Shown: positions 29,546-43,798, numbered from the stretch's first letter. The stretch: 64,000 nt of DNA from Octopus vulgaris (GCA_951406725.2 OX597838.1:18414001-18478000), one strand, 5' to 3'. Program-made: numbers and translations. Notes: generated by a model from the sequence alone, not told the origin.

Positions 29546-29871
29546 GTGGTGGTGGTGGTGGTGGTGGTGGTGGTGTGGTGGTTGTGGTGGTGGTTGTGGT
29601 GGTTGTGGTGGTGGTGGTGGTGGTGGGTGGTGTGGTGGTTGTGGTGGTGGTGGTGGTGGTGGTGGTGGTTGTGGTTGTGGTGGTGGTTGTGGTGGTGGTG
29701 GTGGTGGTGGTGGTGGTGGTGTGGTGGTGGTGGTGGTGGTGGTGGTGGTGGTGGTTGTGGTGGTGGTGGTGGTGGTGGTGGTGGTGGTTGTGGTGGTGGT
29801 GGTGGTTGTTGTGGTGGTGGTGGTGGTGGTGGTGGTGGTTGTGGTTGTGGTGGTGCTGGTGCTGGTGGTGG

Positions 29872-29902
<31 letters not shown>

Positions 29903-29936
29903 GGTGGTGGTGCTGGTGGTGCTGGTGGTGCTGGTT
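29546..29936. repeat. (GGT)n microsatellite
   Basis: Directly visible. Confidence 0.95.
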
Positions 29937-30269
29937 TTGAAAGAATAACAGTGTAAAGTAAATAAAGCGAAACCACGACTCTCAGAGTCCTCTTCTGTCG
30001 TCACCAATAGAGGTAAGTGTTTGTAGCTGACCCCTTTCACATGATGTTAGGATTATGCTAAGAGCTACGATGTCACTCCATTTCAATACTTCTAGCGAAT
30101 GTATTTAATCTCCTTTTCAAGATGTTAAACGATGTTAAATGTTCTTATTTTATTGCTTTTGTTTCTATGGTGTTAAGCGGCCGGAACATAAATGTCATCC
30201 TGTGGTCTGTCACGTGTGATAGCAACCTACCATAAAAATTGGGTATAATAGTGCAGCCGTGGCTTTATA

Positions 30270-30531
30270 AGCACACGCGTGGCTTTGTGGTAAGAAGTTT
30301 GCTTGCGAACCACATGGTTCCGGGTTCAATGGCAACTTGGACAAGTGTACAGTTCTATATTTAAGAGATGAGAAATTATGTACATTATTTACATTATTTA
30401 CATTCGATAGATATTTGTCCTCATTTTGTTTGTTGTTAACACGACATTTCAGCTGATATACCCTCCAGCCTTCTTCAGGGGGAAATTTCGAACCTGGGTT
30501 CTCATTTCTAAGGTATTTTTCGATGTTGTTG

Positions 30532-30601
<70 letters not shown>

Positions 30602-30604
30602 TAC

Positions 30605-30659
<55 letters not shown>

Positions 30660-31170
30660 GTTATTATTATTGTTCAGGTCACTGCTTGGAGTCGAACTCG
30701 GAATCTTGGGGTTAGTAGCCAGCGTTCTTAACCACCATGCCATATGCCGTGGACAAGCGTCTTCTACTACAGGCTCGGGCCAACAAAAGTCTTGTGAGAG
30801 AATTTGGTAGACAGAAACTGAAAGAACCCTGCCGTACATATATATATATATCATGTATATTTCATCCAAAATGGACACCGACAACATTCCTCCATGTGAT
30901 CAGCTTGTATGTATGTATGTATGTATGTATCAATGCACGTATGTATGCCTTTCTGTTTGTGTTTGTCCCGCACCGCCGCTTGGCAACCGGTGTTGGTGTG
31001 TTTATATCCCTGTAACTTAGCCGTTCGACCAAAGAGTTCGATAGAATAAGTACCACGCTTAAAGAAAATAAGTATTGGCATCGATTCATTCGACTAAAAA
31101 AAAAATCTTCAAGGCGGTGCCCCAGCATGGCCACAGTCTAATGACTGAAAGAAGTAATAAACAAAAGATA
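30270..31170 (+). mobile_element. SINE family B split by a 401 bp insertion
   Basis: Head at 30270-30348, remainder resumes at 30750 with a duplicated tggacaagYgt. Confidence 0.8.
30349..30749 (-). mobile_element. Composite retroelement: tRNA-like head, (AAT)n spacer, hammerhead-bearing tail
   Basis: 11-bp TSD (30338-30348 / 30750-30760); head ggcatggtggttaagaacgc..gagttcgactcc; tail CTGAAGA-a-ggctgg..tcagct-GAAA-t-GTC. Confidence 0.7.
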
Positions 31171-31480
31171 AAAAAAACTATAGAACAAAACGTTTGATAT
31201 TGGTTAACCAATCAGAATCTTTCAAAGGATAAACCAATCGTCTTAGTTACAACCTACCTCCTATGGATATCAGCCAAATGTCAAGCCAATTATATGCTCT
31301 ACCGTCTCAAGAGGTGAAGGGCTTATAATAATTGGATAAGGAGGTCCGGGGTACATTACAACTGAAGCAATAGATGTGATGGTCACGGTTAGAACATACT
31401 TGGATACAAGTCAGAGCTGGACTAGGGCTGAATAGCAACATATAAAGAGCATGGATTGTAATAGTAGCAGCGGCAGCAAA

Positions 31481-31543
<63 letters not shown>

Positions 31544-32312
31544 TACTAACTACAATTGGGGAATCGATATTTAACTGTAAAAACATAAGTCATATGAAAA
31601 ACAAAGTCAATATCAAAAACAACTAACAACTAAAAAAATAATAATCATAAACAAATAAAAATTTTCACAATTTTGTTTCTTAATTTCAATTGTGAAAGAA
31701 ATTCATGCAAAGATATTAAAAAAAAAATACTAATAAAACAAAAATACAAATTAAAATAATAAAATAAAATGTAAAACGAAGCAAAAGTTAATTAAAAATG
31801 GTGAAAAACAGAGAAGGTAAAAAAATGCAAATAGTTTAGAAATATAAAATAAAATAAAAACATAAAAGTATAAATAAAATTATAAAAAGGTAAAAATGTG
31901 TAAAAATGCAGAAACAAAAAAAAACCCTAAAAAATGCAAAACAAATAGAAAAGAAACGTCAAAATGTAAATAAGATGTAAATATATTCAAAAACTGGAGA
32001 AGTTATTTTTTTGTTTTCTCTTTCCATTGTTCCCAACATAAAATAAAATGTCTATTACATGGAAATTGCATACATAAATCACTACATACATACAAATATA
32101 CATATATACATACAGTCACACATACACTCACACATACACACAAAAACAATCGAACAAACATGTACACATATATATGAAGAAAATCATGAACGCAAGTGAA
32201 AAGCAGTGAAATTCGGGTAAAAAATACATCACTAGAGGGAAGAAGTGGTCAGCAGCTACTAGATGGATTCTGACTTTGTTCCTCTCAATGTATATGTACA
32301 TACATACATACA

Positions 32313-32405
<93 letters not shown>

Positions 32406-32418
32406 TTATATAAATATT

Positions 32419-32463
<45 letters not shown>

Positions 32464-32467
32464 ACAT

Positions 32468-32755
32468 GATCACCGTGACCGATCAGGCTATCAGATGTTG
32501 CTACACATCACTGGTCACAATGCGCTTCGCACTGTTTTGGCCTTCAAGTGACGCCACCCCACTGGCTAAGCGAGTAAGCCAACAGAAGAAAGAGTGAGAG
32601 AAAGTTGTGGCGAAAGAGTACAGCAGGGATCGCCACCACCCCCTGCCGGAGCCTCGTGGAGCTTTAGGTGTTTTCGCTCAATAAACACTCACAACGCCCG
32701 GTCTGGGAATCAAAACCGCGAGTCCGCTGCCCAAACCACTGGACCATTGTGCCTC
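32468..32755 (-). mobile_element. SINE family C
   Basis: Reverse complement of 24355-24667. Confidence 0.88.
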
Positions 32756-32931
32756 AACACACACACACACACACGCACATATATATATATGAGATGTTTT
32801 GTAAGGCTATGTAAGTCCTACGCAATAAATGGAGTTAATGTCTCCACACTGTCCATTTGTATTTACAAAATATGAACTCATATCAGTCCTAGTGAACTCT
32901 ATTATTTCTTTCTACTTAACTCTCTCATATC

Positions 32932-32979
32932 GTCTCTGATGAAGGGATATCCCTCATATCCCTGAAACAGCTGTAAGGC
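32932..32979 (+). ncRNA. Type-I hammerhead ribozyme motif
   Basis: gtct CTGATGA agggatat ccctc atatccct GAAAC agct GTA aggc: intact core, 8-bp stem II, palindromic stem III. Confidence 0.8.
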
Positions 32980-33344
32980 TACCTCTCTCTTTATGAACGT
33001 CCTGGAAATTTCACACCGCTTTGGCTTTGTTATTTCATTTTAGTTAACATATATATGCATGCACGCATACATACATACATACATACATACATACATACAT
33101 ACATACATAAATACATACATACATATATATATATATATATGTTTATATATATATATATATATATATTATATATGTATGAATGTATGTATGTGCGTGTCTT
33201 TATATGTTTGTATATTTATACGTAAATATGTGTGTGTATGTATGTATATATATATATATATATATATATACAATATGTGCCTGTATAAGAGTATATAAGA
33301 AATGTGTATATATTACTATATATACATGTTTATATATACACATA

Positions 33345-33392
<48 letters not shown>

Positions 33393-33905
33393 CATACATA
33401 TATACATGTACACACACATATACTCACACGTACACACATGTACGCAGTTGCATATGTGTATACAATAATTATGTTTCGCATAAATTTCTGCGAAATGTTG
33501 TCAGCTTTCAAAATGAGATCAGTGGGTTGTTGGTCACTTAGTGTTCTCCTAATTAACCGTCGTTGGAAATAGCTCTCGGTTGTTCTTGCCAGTTATTCGG
33601 CTCCTGTTATTATTATCAACATCGACGTAATCGCTGCTGTTTCTGCTGCTGCTGCTGCTACTCTTTGCTGCCTCCACTGCTACTACTGCTGCTGCTGCTG
33701 CTGTTGTTGTTGTTGCAATTACTGTTCGCTGTTGCTGCGGCTGTGGTTTGGTGTTTTCGCGATTATTGCTGCTGATCAATTCATTATAAATTATTATTAT
33801 TGTTGCTGTTGGTACCTTAACATCGCTTTTGTTTTTGCTCCTGCTACACATTTTTTTCTTGCTTAGTTGTTCTGCTCAGTTGCTGCTGTTGCTACTGTTG
33901 TTGAT

Positions 33906-33940
<35 letters not shown>

Positions 33941-34029
33941 ACACACCTCCCCTCCCAACTCCCTCCATCTTTTCGAATATAAATTAATGATTTAAGTACT
34001 GAATATCTGCATTTTTATTATGTGCTGCA

Positions 34030-34510
34030 GTCGTCGTCACCGTTGTTGTTGGTGTTGTTATCGGTGGTGGTGGTGGTTGTGGTGGTGGAGGTTGTAGTGG
34101 TGGTGGTGGTGGTGGTGTTGGTTGTGGTGGTGGTGGTGGTGATGGTGGTGATTGTGGTGGTGGTGTTGATTGTGGTTGTGGTGGTGGTGGTGTTAGTGGT
34201 GGTGGTGGTGGTGGTGTTAGTGGTTGTGGCAGTGGTGGTGAGGTTAGTGGTTGTGGTGATGGTAATAGTGGTTGTGGTGGTGGTGGTGGTGGTGTTAGTG
34301 GTTGTGGTAGTGGTGGTGATTTTAGTGGTTGTGGTGGTGATGGAGGTGGTGTTAGTGATTGTGGTGGTGGTGGTGGTGGTGGTTGTGGTGCTGGTGCTGG
34401 TTGTGTTGGTGGTGGTGGTTGTGGTGGTGGTGGTGGTGGTGGTTGTGGTTATGGTGGTGGTGCTTGTGATGGTGTTGGCTGTTGTTGTAGAGGTGGTGTT
34501 TTTGCTGTTG
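34030..34510. repeat. Degenerate (GGT)n microsatellite
   Basis: Directly visible. Confidence 0.9.
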
Positions 34511-35431
34511 TTATTTTCCATGTTACTTTTGGGGTTCTGTACCCCCTTCTGAATGTAAAGAACTGTGATCGAAAGTATTCTAGCCACGACCATTCCGACT
34601 TTAGCTGGGTGTCATAGAAGGGGGGATTCGGGTTCCTATTTGAGACAAATCAATCCTTCCCTCGTTCCATGAAAAATCAAATGCGATTCAACAGAAGGCC
34701 CTCTATGTGGTTGCTTGACTTACTTGAAAGAGTAACCTGATCTCCCTTACATCACACCCTTCTATTTCGACATAACTAGATTTTGCTGAGATTTTGCTGC
34801 TGTTACTAGCATGTCAGTCAATCCCGTAGAAGCGCTTGAATGTCTAGAGTGGTTGAGATTGAAATTGGCGGACATCGACGAATGTGCATTAAGAGACGGA
34901 AAACTCCGAACGCTCGGTTGATTCATTCAGATAGTTATCCACTCCAACAGCCCTTTCAACCATCTTTAATTCAATAATGTTATTACAAACATGTGAAATG
35001 GCAAAGCTGTTGCTGAGATAGCAAAGGATTGTGGGATAGAAATCCTATTATCGCACTAGCTAAGGATTATGGGATTGCGAAGCAGTTGTTAGTGATTAAA
35101 ATGGAAACCAATGGTGATTTAATTAAATATTTAAATGAAATTCGCTTTATCAATATTTGCAACAAACTGGTGTCGTTTGCTAATTAATAACTATAAAATT
35201 TGTAAATCTAATGATGACAACTTTGCATTGAACACAAATTCACAGGAGATGGGGAGAGGGAGAGGGAGAGAGAGAGAGGGAGAGAGGGAAATAAAACGGA
35301 CATAGCAATATAAAACACGTGATATTGCATACAGCGACACTTGTGAGCTGGGGAAACCCTTAATAAAGGAAAGATTAATAACACAGATAGGTACACATAT
35401 ACTCACACAACACACAACCGCAGGATCACGC

Positions 35432-35467
<36 letters not shown>

Positions 35468-35506
35468 CACATATAGATATATAGATATACATCCTTGCAT
35501 ACATAT

Positions 35507-35720
35507 ATTCTTTTACTTGTTTCAGTAATTTACTGTGGCCATGCGTGCAAATCGACCCAAGGACGTATTCTTTGTAAGCCTAGTACTTATACTATCGGGG
35601 TGTTTTTGCCGAACCGCTAGATTACGGGGGCGTAAACACAACAATATCGGTTGTCAAGCGATGTTACGGGGGGGGGGGCGGTCGTGGACAAGCACAGACA
35701 AACAAAGATATACACAAACA
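35507..35720 (-). mobile_element. SINE family B, 3' half
   Basis: cttttacttgtttcagt..gccgaaccgctag..ggttgtcaagcgatg. Confidence 0.7.
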
Positions 35721-35860
35721 TACATAAGTAGTGCCCTTATGTATGTGTATGTATTTATGTATGTATGTACATATCTAATATTGTATGTATATATTTTATT
35801 AATTTGCCTGTACGGCTAATAATTCGCTTACCACTCGTGACGGTATTTTAATAATACCAT

Positions 35861-35924
<64 letters not shown>

Positions 35925-35932
<8 letters not shown>

Positions 35933-36044
35933 TTAGAGACAAAACCACTATTATGCAAATCAAACAAATTTATTATATTTTACTATAAAATTGGATTCAA
36001 TCCTAAATCTGATTTTTCCCTGTAAATTTGGATTTATTCCCTAA

Positions 36045-36055
<11 letters not shown>
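35925..36055 (+). mobile_element. Centre-deleted copy of palindromic family P1
   Basis: attagagacaaaaccacta..caaacaa joined directly to the tail ttttactataaaattggat..ttccctaatattta, as at 52549-52935. Confidence 0.8.
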
Positions 36056-36108
<53 letters not shown>

Positions 36109-36216
36109 TATAAAGGAAGTTGGTATTAGTCTATAAAGACTAATACCAAATCTATCTTCTGTTTCATTAACCGATTTCATGTACGTGTGTGTTTGGTATG
36201 TGTGTGTAGGTATGCG

Positions 36217-36281
<65 letters not shown>

Positions 36282-36418
36282 TACAGAAATGAAAACAGAA
36301 CACGAAGAGGATGTTGGTGCTTAGGAACACTGGAAGATGGAAGAAAGCTTTAACCTTTTGAGCATACATTCTGCTACGTAGAGGATATGTGAAAAATAAA
36401 GAAAAAATAAATAGAATA

Positions 36419-36469
<51 letters not shown>

Positions 36470-36762
36470 TACTTACAAACATGAACTATATAGATGGGGG
36501 GGCATTTATATTAAATTATGAAGTCATGAATATGCTGAGATGAGTGTTATGAATGCATTTCGAAAAATTCTCTGAGCTGAAATAAACAGTTAATTAAAAT
36601 GTTCTTTTTTTTGGTTTCTTCCTAATCCATATTTACATTGTGTGACTTCTAATTTGCACTTAATTATGCGAGTTTTCTTGAATGTAACATGACAATAATT
36701 TAAGATGACGTATTTGTATATGTATATATATATATGTGTGTGTGTGTATGTGTGTGTGTATG

Positions 36763-36830
<68 letters not shown>

Positions 36831-36886
36831 CATATACACACACACACACACACATGCACACACACACACACACACATATCTCTCTA

Positions 36887-36918
<32 letters not shown>

Positions 36919-37231
36919 AACTTACTTGGAAATGGATGTGTGGTCGTTCAATTAAATAATAAATAGTAAATAATACACAGTATATATATATATATATACA
37001 TACATTCATACATACATACATACATACATACATACATACATACATACATACATACATACATGCGCATCCAAGCACACATGCATATTTGGATACAGGGCGT
37101 CACTAACGTTTCAAACAACCTGAAGTGCGTAAACAAACAAGTTAAATACGTAAATGACCAGAAAGGACCACAAATGACAACAGATGAAGGGTCCTCTCTC
37201 TGTGTTAGAACAGATAGTGACGTACCCATAT

Positions 37232-37315
<84 letters not shown>

Positions 37316-37363
37316 TATATAGAGAGAGAGAGATAGATAGATAGCTAGATAGCTAGATAGATG

Positions 37364-37455
<92 letters not shown>

Positions 37456-37499
37456 TACATATATATACGAATATATATTAATAGTTTTATATATTTACA

Positions 37500-37657
37500 A
37501 GTTTTTTTTTAATCTGTCTCTATTTACTTCCTCATGTTCCTTTCTGTTGAAGAGCGTAGGCTCGAAACGCAAAAGACTTTCTCACCTTCCCGAGCGTCAA
37601 ACTAATACACCTTCTTGTTTATACTCCCGTCTTCGTCTTTTGTTTTTCTGTAAATTT

Positions 37658-37660
<3 letters not shown>
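37500..37660 (+). mobile_element. Family H1 short element
   Basis: cttt CTGTTGAA gagcgtaggctc GAAAC gca aaag. Confidence 0.65.
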
Positions 37661-37700
<40 letters not shown>

Positions 37701-37975
37701 GTATGTATGTATGTATGTATGTATGTATATATGTATGTATGCATGTATGTATGTATAAATGTGTAGTATATGTATGTATACATGTATTTTTATGTGTGTA
37801 TTGAAATGTGTGTTGTATATATATTGGAATCTATACTGTGCACATACTGAAATATTTGTCAACATATTGCGGGGAATGTTTTACACATATCGAAATATAT
37901 GGCACGTATATAGAAATAAATTTTGTATATACACAGGACTTGTTGGACATCAGTGCAGCCATTAGGTCGAAAGTC

Positions 37976-38537
37976 AATCTTAGGGTAGCAAGAATATTTA
38001 TCTCTAGCGAGTCAGATATCCTATTCTTCGGGTATCTTTTTATGTTTGAATGTACACTGTATTATTCTCTGAATAATATATAGTCTATGGACTAAATTTT
38101 TCTCTCGTTAGACCACTGGTAACTAAGAATTTTTCGATAAATATTCTTGCTACCCTAAGATTTTAATTAATGATAAAATTTTTTTTTGGCTAATTCTGGA
38201 AGAAAATCGGGAATGTATTTATTTAGTGCTGGTTGAGTTCCGCACCTGCGCGGTAAATTCGAAAAATTAGAACCTATAGACACGTGGCTGATTACTTATT
38301 GCTCCATGTCTATGGATTCAGTCTTGGCAACCTACTGAGGACGCAGTGCCAGATATAGACTGAGATTATTTGATTTTAATCTGTATTTAAGTCTGCAGAA
38401 ACCTTGCAGGGTCTAGGATTAAGGTAAAAGTTTTTATTTTTCAATAACTTTCGGAATTACAACTATTGGTGGCTTGGAGTTTTAACTACTCTTTCTAGCG
38501 AATCAGATATCCTATTCTTCGGGTATCTATTTTATGT

Positions 38538-38543
<6 letters not shown>
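37976..38543 (+). mobile_element. Hammerhead-containing element: inverted head, ~490 bp unit, partial direct repeat, then (TA)n
   Basis: 37976-38002 is the reverse complement of 38135-38162; 38003-38051 recurs at 38493-38543. Confidence 0.75.
38331..38417 (+). ncRNA. Type-I hammerhead ribozyme motif with extended stem II
   Basis: ccta CTGAGGA cgcag...ctgca GAAA ccttgcagg GTC tagg. Confidence 0.75.
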
Positions 38544-38612
<69 letters not shown>

Positions 38613-38740
38613 TAATACACACACACACACATATATATATACACACACCTACATACATACTTACATACATACAAACACATATATATACATACATACATAC
38701 ATACACACATACAGACACACATATATATGCACACACCAAC

Positions 38741-38791
<51 letters not shown>

Positions 38792-38827
38792 CATACATAC
38801 ATACATACATACATACATACATACATA

Positions 38828-39250
38828 GGCGCAGGAGTAGCTGTGTGGTAAGTAGCTTGCTAACCAACCACATGCTTCCGGGTTCAGTCCCACTGCGTGG
38901 CATCTTGGGCAAGTGTCTTCTGCTATAGCCTCGGGCCGACCAAAGCCTTGTGAGTGGATTTGGTAGACGGAAACTGAAAGAAGCCTGTCGTATATACGTA
39001 TATATATATATATATATGTGCATGTGTGTGTATATGTTTGTGTGTCTGTGTTTGTCCCTCTAGCATTGCTTGACAACCGATGCTGGTGTGTTTACGTCCC
39101 CGTCACTTAGCGGTTTGGCAAAAAAGAGACCGATAGAATAAGTACTGGGCTTACAAAGAATAAGTCCCGGGGACGATTTGCTCGACTAAAGGCGGTGCTC
39201 CAGCATGGCCGCAGTCAAATGACTGAAACAAGTAAACGAGTAAACGAGTA
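38828..39250 (+). mobile_element. SINE family B, full length (reference copy)
   Basis: tRNA-like head (tagctgtgtgg, gggttcagtccc), ttgggcaagtgtctt CORE-like block, internal TA/TG tract, (gtaaacga)n tail. Confidence 0.92.
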
Positions 39251-39857
39251 ATACAAAATACGTACATAAATAAACCCTACACACACACACACACATATTG
39301 TAAAATGTATGTTAGGCATTTATTGCCACAATTTCTCTGGAAAAAATAAGATACGAGTCTCTCCATTCGTTTTTATGTATTTCTAATTGATAACTGAAAA
39401 ATAGAAAATACGAAAGAAAAATCAATAAATATTTCGTTTTCTCCTATTTACACTAATTTTTTCCAAAGCTATGCATTTATTTCCAATGATTTTGTTAAAT
39501 ATAATTGGATACCCTTAAACAAATCAAAATACAACTGTCTCTATAAATTATTTGTTTGTTTCATAGAGACCAAACTTAAAGAATAGAAATTGAAATATTT
39601 GATACGGATTCGTTATGGCGGCTTCAAGAATTGGGTGAATGCCTGTCTCAGAGGTTTTCTGTGACTTGTCTTTGCTGTGCTTAATGTATTGTTATTGTTG
39701 ATTATAAATTTCTGCTTCTCTGAACAAATAAACTTTCTAATGGCATTTTTGTTCTTGTCTTTTGAATTATCTGCTTGCTTTCGTCATTTTGTTGTGTTGT
39801 TTTAACTTCCAGTCTATAACGGCTCCATATATGTCACGCCCGTATATATATATATAT

Positions 39858-40016
39858 ATGTGGCTGTGTGGTAAGTAGCTTGTTTACCAACCACATGGTT
39901 CCGGGTTCAGTCCCACTGCGTGGCACATTGGGCAAGTTTCTTCTACTATAGCCTCGGGCCGACCAAAGCCTTGTGAGTGGATGTGGTAGACGGAAAACTG
40001 AAAGAAGCCCGTCGTA

Positions 40017-40108
<92 letters not shown>

Positions 40109-40334
40109 TGTGTGTGTGTTCGTGTTTGTGTGTGTCTGTGTTTGTCCCGCTAGCATTGCTTGACAACCAATGCTGGTGTGTTTATGTCCCCGTTACTTAG
40201 CGGTTCGGCAAAAGAGACCGATAGAATAAGTACTGGGCTTACAAAAGAATAAGTCCTGGGGTCGAGATGCTCGATTAAAAGGCGGTGCTCCGGCATGGTC
40301 GCAGTCAAATGACTGAAACAAATAAAAGAGTAAA

Positions 40335-40336
<2 letters not shown>
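39858..40336 (+). mobile_element. SINE family B
   Basis: Colinear with 38828 copy. Confidence 0.9.
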
Positions 40337-40377
<41 letters not shown>

Positions 40378-40927
40378 AAATACAAAATGGGACAAGAACG
40401 GAAAACATCGGACAGCTAGGTGATACAAAAAAGGAAAACAAAACATCCAGATAGACGATACAAAGAAAACAAAGACGAGTCATTCGAAGCTTTCTTTCTT
40501 CATTCAAGCACCAGATTATCCTCGCAATTTCGGCTGATTATTCTTTAGATTGCTCTAATCTGGCCAGCCCCAAGTAAAAACTAAGCTAAGAGCATTAGAG
40601 CCTTTGAAGAAAGCAGCCAATGTGTACTAAAACAAGGACAGAAAAACGGACAATGTTACACAAATATAAATACAATAAAAATAATAACAGGACATAGCAA
40701 CAAATGTATGTCGAGTAAGGACGAATTAAGCTGGCGCGTGTGGAAATGAAGCCTTACGGCAGAGATACTGGAATTTCACAAACACAGGGAAGAATATCGA
40801 TGTTGCACGGACAACGGTCAGACCAAGAAAGAAAGAGCAGAACTGGCCGATCGGTCACGTGGTAAGAGAAGAGAGAGTAGAATCAGAGGGACAGAAGAAT
40901 TAAGGGGAAGTATATATATATATATAT

Positions 40928-41050
<123 letters not shown>

Positions 41051-41200
41051 TATATATATATATATATGTATGTATACATGTATATATATGTATGTATGTA
41101 TGTATATATATATATATATGTATATATATGTATATATATATATATATATATGATTGATTGATTGATTCTAGTTTCAGCTTATGAGCTGTGGCCATGCTGG

Positions 41201-41251
<51 letters not shown>

Positions 41252-41253
41252 AT

Positions 41254-41637
41254 GTTGTAACACTCCGTCGGTTACGACAACGAGGGTTCCAGTTGAGCCG
41301 GTCAACGGAACAGCCTGCTCGTGAAATTAACGTATAAGTGGCTGAGCACTGCACAGATACGTGTACCTTTAACGTAGTTCTCGGGGAGATTCAGCGTGAC
41401 ACAGAGAGTGACAAGGCCGGCTCCTTTGAAATACAGGTACAACAGAAACAGGAAGAAAGAGTGAGAGAAAGTTGTGGTGAAAGAGTACAGCAGGATTCGC
41501 CACCACCCCCTGCCGGATCTTCGTGGAGCTTTAGGTGTTTTCACTTAATAAACACTCACAACGCCCGGTTTGAGAATAGAAACCGCCGTCCCGCGACCGT
41601 GAGTCCGCTGCCCTAACCGCTGGGCCATTGCGCCTCC
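41254..41637 (-). mobile_element. SINE with family C head/core and a different 3' half
   Basis: Head ggaggcgcaatggcccagcggttagggcagcggactc shared with 24355; diverges after ctcactctttcttc. Confidence 0.85.
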
Positions 41638-41754
41638 ACACACACACACTTACACACACACATATAGATACATATGTGTGTGTATAACTTTGAGCGGAGA
41701 ATACATCTAAAAATTCAATTACAAATTCTTTTATCTTAACATCTTAAATTATAT

Positions 41755-42163
41755 ACTCTTTTACTCTTTTACTCTTTTACTTGTTTCAGTCATTTGACTG
41801 CGGCCATACTGGAGCACCGCCTTTAGTCGAGCAAATCGACCACGGGACTTATTCTTTGTAAGCCCAGTACTTATTCTATCGGTCTCTTTTTGCCGAACCG
41901 CTAAGTGACGGGGACGTAAACACACCAGCATCGGTTATCAAGCAATGCGAGGGTGACAAACACAGACACACAAACACACGCACACTTACATATATATATA
42001 TACATATATACGACAGGCTTCTTTCAGTTTCCGTCTACCAAATTCACTCACAAGGCTTTGGTCGGCCCGGGGCTATAGCAGAAGACACTTGCCCAAGATG
42101 CCACGCAGTGGGACTGAACCCGGAACCATGTGGTTGGTTAGCAAGCTACTTACCACACAGCCA
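41755..42163 (-). mobile_element. SINE family B
   Basis: Colinear with 38828 copy. Confidence 0.9.
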
Positions 42164-42843
42164 CAAATATTTCACTAGCGTATACTAGTATGCCATGTAG
42201 TAATTGTTACAAGACGATCGCACATTTGACGTTCATAATCATCAATGGAAATAAATTACTTTTTTCGCCTGATGATACGGTGTTGTAAGGTGATTATGTA
42301 ACCGTCTATGTAACGATTACCTCAATGTTGTTGGCTGTACTATGACATCAAGCACAATAACAGCAGTTCGACACAACTTGCTTCAAACGGCTGTAATTTT
42401 GATAAATACTCGAAAGTGCATATTCTTAGAAAATATTCTGAATCTGCTTCACTTTCATTTCTCAAAATGCATGAGGAGGAATATGCTTGCAGATTATTAA
42501 CATCATGCTCTGGAGGAATGAATACAACGACAGGAGAATATCATCAAATTTATACAAAACTGTTTGATTAAATATTCTTCTTTTTACTTTTCCTTTTTTT
42601 CTTTCCTCTTTCTTTCTGTCTTTTTCTTTTCGCCTGTAATAAAATTGAAACTTAAAGACTGATGATGGCATTCCATCAACGTGTGGACGCTGGTTGCTCT
42701 CGTTCATACTTTAAATTTAAATTTCTATAATTTTGAATTGTTATCACTTCTCATTTTGAACTCGACAAAGGCAGACTTACTGTCGAAATATTGTTCAACC
42801 AATAAAATATCTATTACCATAGAATAGCGCTCTTCGTCTTGAC

Positions 42844-42908
<65 letters not shown>

Positions 42909-43031
42909 GCACAGTAATTATATATACATACACAAACACACAAACACACAAACACACACACACACGCAGAAATCTGAAATCATAGAGGATATTGACTCCA
43001 TGTAGCTTGCCGTAGGAAGCTTGTCTCCCTT

Positions 43032-43178
<147 letters not shown>

Positions 43179-43798
43179 GTATACATATATATATATACAT
43201 ATATATACATATATATATACATATATGGAGATGAATGAAGAACAAAATATGCACCCGTGTTTGAAGGATTAATTAGATGGCAGAGATATATAAACATAAT
43301 TTCAGTCGTCTGAACACTACTTTAAACTGTAAAACATGTTCAGGGCTGATCAGATAAAGAGACGTCGAGAAAAATATAAAAGTTTAGAAATCAAGAGAAC
43401 ACCTGTACACGTTCCCACAGCGGTATATTAAGGTTTTTATCTCATAACAATTGAAAATTGTAAAATGGGAATTTCATCTTCCAGTATTAGAGATAGATTG
43501 TGATGGAGGTTTGGCAAAGATAATTAAATACGCTTCCTTACTACATTTTTACAGACTGTGGCGACAAATGTGATATAGCTGATCAATAAAGAAAACAATT
43601 AAAGTGACATTTATTTCATAAGATAACGATTCACACTTTTGAACGCGATGTCGTTTAGAGAAGATAAAGAAGAAATGGTAAACAGAGGGAGAGATAGAAA
43701 AAGATAAAGAGGAAGAGATAGAAAAATATAAAGAGAGAGTGAGAGAGAGAGAGGCAGTGACAGAGATAGTAAGAGGGACACAATAAAATATTTGCATA

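Noticed and set aside
29342-30040. Mucin/extensin-like Thr/Pro/His-rich ORFs (also 34018-34593)
   Set aside because: Derived from (GGT)n microsatellite, open in several frames at once
40376-40905. Complex block between TA tracts with ggctg..cagcc-GAAA on the minus strand
   Set aside because: Probably a repeat, but there is no CUGANGA core and I cannot classify it
42269-42315. CTGATGA followed by a small stem
   Set aside because: No GAAA or cleavage triplet in register, so not a hammerhead
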